A stretch of DNA of 64,000 bases from Candidatus Zixiibacteriota bacterium. Lineage in GTDB: Bacteria > RBG-13-66-14 > B26-G2 > WVWN01. Every line of letters starts with the position of its first letter. Within the stretch, counting starts at the first letter, position 1. The stretch spans positions 32,001-96,000 of the forward strand of contig JASFLY010000001.1 in NCBI GenBank assembly GCA_050117845.1, read 5' to 3'. Shown in pieces: positions 60,645-64,000 of the stretch. The notes below the pieces were generated by a model. The model was not told the origin of the DNA. It saw only the letters and a program-made list of their open reading frames with translations, and made no database searches. Position numbers and translations under genes: made by a program.

Positions 60645-61136
60645 CTACGGACTGCTGGTACCTAAACCGGCGCACCACGCGATGTAAGCGTTCTGGCAAT
60701 CCTCCGGTATCATATCCCAACCGGTTAGGGCATAGTCGATCCAGATAGCGTCGATCTCCGCGGAAATCTCGTGGAGGCGCGCTAGTTTCTGGTTTGCCTC
60801 ATCCCGGAACTCGGAAACGTATTCAACGTCGTGAGTGGTATTGAGCCATTCGTAAATAGCTACGGCTTCGGCGTGCCGGGGCATGTATTCGTTATTCAGA
60901 TACTCGACGTTCATCGCCCGGATATCGTTCATAACCTCATCCGTGCAACCGAAGCCCCCCAGCGAGAGAAAACGGCTCAGAATCTGGAAACCGGCGACTT
61001 CCCCGATTTTATCCGGCAGGGGGTCGTTAGGTAGAGGATCGTGATCCTCGTAACAAACGTTGATGTTCGTCCCCAACGCCACCCCCGGTATTATCATCGG
61101 GGTAATTAGGAATAAGATAACTGCCCACAACCTCAT
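60645..61136 (-). CDS. secreted hypothetical protein (paralog A)
   Basis: GAGGAGG RBS, signal peptide, full-length similarity to 61536..62069. Confidence 0.8.
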   Translation of the reverse strand: MRLWAVILFLITPMIIPGVALGTNINVCYEDHDPLPNDPLPDKIGEVAGFQILSRFLSLGGFGCTDEVMNDIRAMNVEYLNNEYMPRHAEAVAIYEWLNTTHDVEYVSEFRDEANQKLARLHEISAEIDAIWIDYALTGWDMIPEDCQNAYIAWCAGLGTSSP

Positions 61137-61336
61137 TCGACAACCTCCTCTACGAAAAACGGCCCGCCACCAGGAAGCGCTACTGCGGGCCTTCGCCCAA
61201 ACCTATGGTATTATATCACAACCTTTTTTTACACACGAAAGCGTAAACAGCGTAATATTTCCACCTAATCTTTACCCCACCTCATCCACCATAACATATC
61301 GCAGGTCAACGTCAAGCAAAAAAAGGGCAACTTGGT

Positions 61337-61366
61337 AAAAAAAAGCCCGGCGCAAACACGCCGGGC
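61337..61366 (-). terminator. intrinsic terminator downstream of paralog B
   Basis: GCCCGGCG-6 nt-CGCCGGGC with T8 on minus strand. Confidence 0.8.
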
Positions 61367-61535
61367 AGTAAAGAAAGGGATTGGTGATTTTCCACCTGCC
61401 GATTGAACCGGCAACTGCGTACCGGTATTATTCGGCCCGGCGGCGAATGCCGAAAACTCGGCATTCGCGCCGGGCGTACCGTTTGGCTCCGGGACCCGTT
61501 ACGATAAAACGTTGGGTCGGAGGGCTATAGTCGAA

Positions 61536-62069
61536 TTAATCGCTGTCTATCAATCCGTGAGCGTCAAGATAGCTTTCGTACGCGCTATCGGAAATCATGC
61601 CGCGGATGGTATCGACGAGGTCGATCCACGCTTCGTCAATCTCTTCGTCGATTGCGTGGAGCCGCGCGATTTTCGCGTCGCGGGCCGTCTCGAATTGCGC
61701 CATCGTATGCGCGGTCCCGCAAATCGGGCAGGCGTTTGTCCCGGTCCCGTCGTCGATCACGTGCGAGGAACTGAGCCAGGTGTGGATCGCCGAAGCTTCG
61801 TCCTGCAACGGGTCGAAATCATCGTTCTGATAAGCATCGTTTAAATCCTCGATATCTTCGATGACGGCCTGAGAAGTCCCATACCCGCCGTCTTCGAGGA
61901 ACAGGCCGAAAGCGGCCCACCCCGCGATACATCCGATTTTTTCCGCCGCCGGGACGCTGGGCTGGGGTTCGTGGTCCTCGAAACATTGGTTCCGATAAAC
62001 CTCTGCGGAAGCTAAACCCCCGAAAAGTAATAATCCGATAACCAAGCACGTGAAATAACTCCGAGTCAT
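61536..62069 (-). CDS. secreted hypothetical protein (paralog B, CxxC insert)
   Basis: AGGAGGAG RBS before ATG 62069, signal peptide ending ASA, similarity to paralog A. Confidence 0.8.
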   Translation of the reverse strand: MTRSYFTCLVIGLLLFGGLASAEVYRNQCFEDHEPQPSVPAAEKIGCIAGWAAFGLFLEDGGYGTSQAVIEDIEDLNDAYQNDDFDPLQDEASAIHTWLSSSHVIDDGTGTNACPICGTAHTMAQFETARDAKIARLHAIDEEIDEAWIDLVDTIRGMISDSAYESYLDAHGLIDSD

Positions 62070-62258
62070 GTCTCCTCCTAAATCATACCGGTTATATGAT
62101 AACCCGACCCTTATATATAAAACCACCCCGGCCTCGACCGTACAATCGCACGTACGATTGCGACGGGTCGAGTTTCCGGGGTTAGCGGTTGCAGGAGAAA
62201 CGCGCCCGACGCGCCACGCGCCCACCAAGTAACACCCACCGGCAACCAGCCGGCGGCC

Positions 62259-62618
62259 CTACGGATTATCCACTTCGTCTAACTGGCTTTCGAGTTCCGA
62301 CTCGACCTTCGCCAACGCTACTCGCATCGCCGGCGTAAAATAATCCGACCCGCCCAATAATTCCACCGTCCTGAGGGCGAGCTTGACCGCTACCAACTCT
62401 CTTCGGGTAAGATTTAAACTCGCGCCGCGCGACCCCGGCATTATACGATAACCTTTGTCGTAATAAATCGGTACGAGTTCGGAAAGGTCGACAACGTAGC
62501 GGTATATCGTCCGCGTCGATACGTCTAGCGCTTCGGCCAGTTCGGAGGCGTGATAACCGTCGCCGGACCGCAAAATACTTACGAGTTCGAAAAGCTTTTC
62601 CGCTTTCTTCAGCGTCAC
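62259..62618 (-). CDS. HTH_11 transcriptional regulator, YafY-like N-terminal half without WYL domain
   Basis: ASELAEALDVSTRTIYRYV.DL, GYRI, L.LT..EL, AL.KV. Confidence 0.82.
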   Translation of the reverse strand: MTLKKAEKLFELVSILRSGDGYHASELAEALDVSTRTIYRYVVDLSELVPIYYDKGYRIMPGSRGASLNLTRRELVAVKLALRTVELLGGSDYFTPAMRVALAKVESELESQLDEVDNP

Positions 62619-62739
62619 CTGCTAACCACCCTGTTTACGGCGAACGCCGTGGGACGCCACATCCCGGAACCGTCCATCCGGAGAATGCCTTTCCGTCCCT
62701 AGAAACAACTTCTAACTCGTCTAACTACGCCTTATATTA

Positions 62740-62827
62740 AATATAGCAAGCTCCGGCCTACTTGTCAAGCCAATCGAGGTAGCAATTTACGATAGCCCTT
62801 GACAAGGTTCCCTTCTAGTGGTAATTT
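62740..62827. promoter_or_regulatory. divergent sigma70-like promoters (HTH gene / ribF)
   Basis: Minus TTGACA-17-TATATT (62768-62740); plus TTGACA-17-TAATTT (62799-62827). Confidence 0.6.
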
Positions 62828-62852
62828 ACGCACCCGCGAGGACGGGTTATTT

Positions 62853-63812
62853 ATGAAAGTCTGGCGGACACTGGAAGAAGCGGCCGCGGATCCCGCTCCG
62901 GCGCCTTACGTCACAGTAGGGAGTTTCGACGGCGTACACCTGGGCCACAGGGCCCTCCTCGGCGACCTCCGGGAAATGGCGGTCGCGGGCCGCGGGGCCG
63001 GCGTGGTCGTCACCTTCGAAGACCCGGAAGAGGACTTCAGCGGCCCGGAGGGCCCCCGCCTCCTGAATTACGGGGCCGAGCGTGTCGCGCGACTGGACGC
63101 CGCCGGCATCGACGCGGCGCTGGTCCTACCCTTCGACGATAACCTGCGCCGCACGGCGGCCGACCGTTTCGTCGAGGAAATACTGGTCGGGACGCTTCAC
63201 GTCCGTGGCGTCTGCGTCGGCTACGACCATCACTTCGGCGCGGACGGCAGCGGCGACATCAGCCTCCTGAGCCTACTCGGGAAGAAGTACGGTTTCGAAA
63301 GCCGGGCCGCGCCGCCCTTCGCCGTCGACGGCATGATCGTCTCAAGTACGCTCATACGGCGCCGCCTCCGTGAGGGGAACGTCGCCGAGGCCAACAAGTA
63401 CCTGGGTTACCGCTACGAGGTATGGGGTGAGGTCGAACGGGGCAGCGGCATCGCCGCCGGCGAACTCGGCTACCCCACGGCCAACGTCGCGCTCGACGCC
63501 AAGATGCTCCCCGCCACCGGCGTATACGCCGCGTTGGGCGATATCCTGGACGACGAGGGTAACGTGGCCGAGGGGCCCTTCGGGGCCTTTCTGAACCTGG
63601 GCTACCGGCCCACGTTCAACGGCGACGCCACCGGCGACCCGCGGCTGGAGGTTCACCTCTTCGACTTCGGCCGGGACATCCTGGGCCGCCGGATCCGCGT
63701 GCAGTTCGTGGCGCGCCTGCGGGACGAAGAGAAGTTCGAGGACGCCGCGGCCTTGCGAAAGCAGCTCGAGGAAGACGAGAAGAAAGCCCGCCGCATCCTC
63801 TTCCGTCAATAG
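62853..63812 (+). CDS. ribF: bifunctional riboflavin kinase / FAD synthetase
   Basis: G.FDGVHLGH, VGYD..FG, VSSTLIR, LGYPTAN, G.RPTF, EVHLFDF, LRDE.KF. Confidence 0.95.
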   Translation: MKVWRTLEEAAADPAPAPYVTVGSFDGVHLGHRALLGDLREMAVAGRGAGVVVTFEDPEEDFSGPEGPRLLNYGAERVARLDAAGIDAALVLPFDDNLRRTAADRFVEEILVGTLHVRGVCVGYDHHFGADGSGDISLLSLLGKKYGFESRAAPPFAVDGMIVSSTLIRRRLREGNVAEANKYLGYRYEVWGEVERGSGIAAGELGYPTANVALDAKMLPATGVYAALGDILDDEGNVAEGPFGAFLNLGYRPTFNGDATGDPRLEVHLFDFGRDILGRRIRVQFVARLRDEEKFEDAAALRKQLEEDEKKARRILFRQ

Positions 63813-63834
63813 AGCGAATTAACAATACAAATAT

Positions 63835-64000
63835 ATGGTTATCAACAAAGAAAGCAAGCAGGCCGTAATCGAGAAGTATCGCAAGCACGAGAGCGATACG
63901 GGCTCGGCCGAGGTGCAGATCGCGCTCTATACCGATCGCATCAACCACCTCACCGAGCACCTGCGGAGCCACCCGAAAGACAAGCACAGCCGTCGGGGCC
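63835..64000 (+). CDS. rpsO: 30S ribosomal protein S15, runs off right edge
   Basis: Manual translation [55 protein letters not shown]; usual position after ribF. Confidence 0.95.
   Translation, partial: MVINKESKQAVIEKYRKHESDTGSAEVQIALYTDRINHLTEHLRSHPKDKHSRRG

Noticed and set aside
61137..62750. c-di-GMP or other known riboswitch
   Set aside because: Hairpins present but no recognisable consensus; needs an Infernal search
62761..62806. CTTGTCAAG / CTTGACAAG inverted repeat as operator or IS ends
   Set aside because: Explained by back-to-back -35 boxes of divergent promoters

Overview
GC-rich, gene-dense chromosomal window from a diderm, probably anaerobic bacterium. Archaeal-type four-subunit POR, PPDK, GWxTD and FlgD-Ig/T9SS-like C-terminal domain proteins suggest an FCB-associated candidate lineage (inference only). 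Mostly housekeeping and envelope genes: mtaB, GH57, four parvulin foldases, ctpA, purN, envC-like, ssb, transaldolase, mreB/mreC, ispE, rnhC, ppdK, TIGR03960-type radical SAM, rng, ilvC, MoxR-M23-bactofilin, porCDAB, divIVA, ribF, rpsO, plus tRNA-Asp(GTC) and tRNA-Val(TAC). No integrase, transposase, CRISPR or rRNA was seen. Most notable: (1) a 1159-aa GGDEF-STAND NTPase-TPR gene inside the POR operon between the gamma and delta subunits; (2) a strongly remodelled cyclic 2,3-diphosphoglycerate synthetase homolog; (3) a WYL-less HTH regulator followed by two paralogous secreted proteins of unrecognised family and long hairpins; (4) a structured ~235-nt divIVA leader; (5) several degenerate enzymes (M48, EAL/GGDEF, KARI). 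All family calls are by motif recognition by eye; no database search was run.
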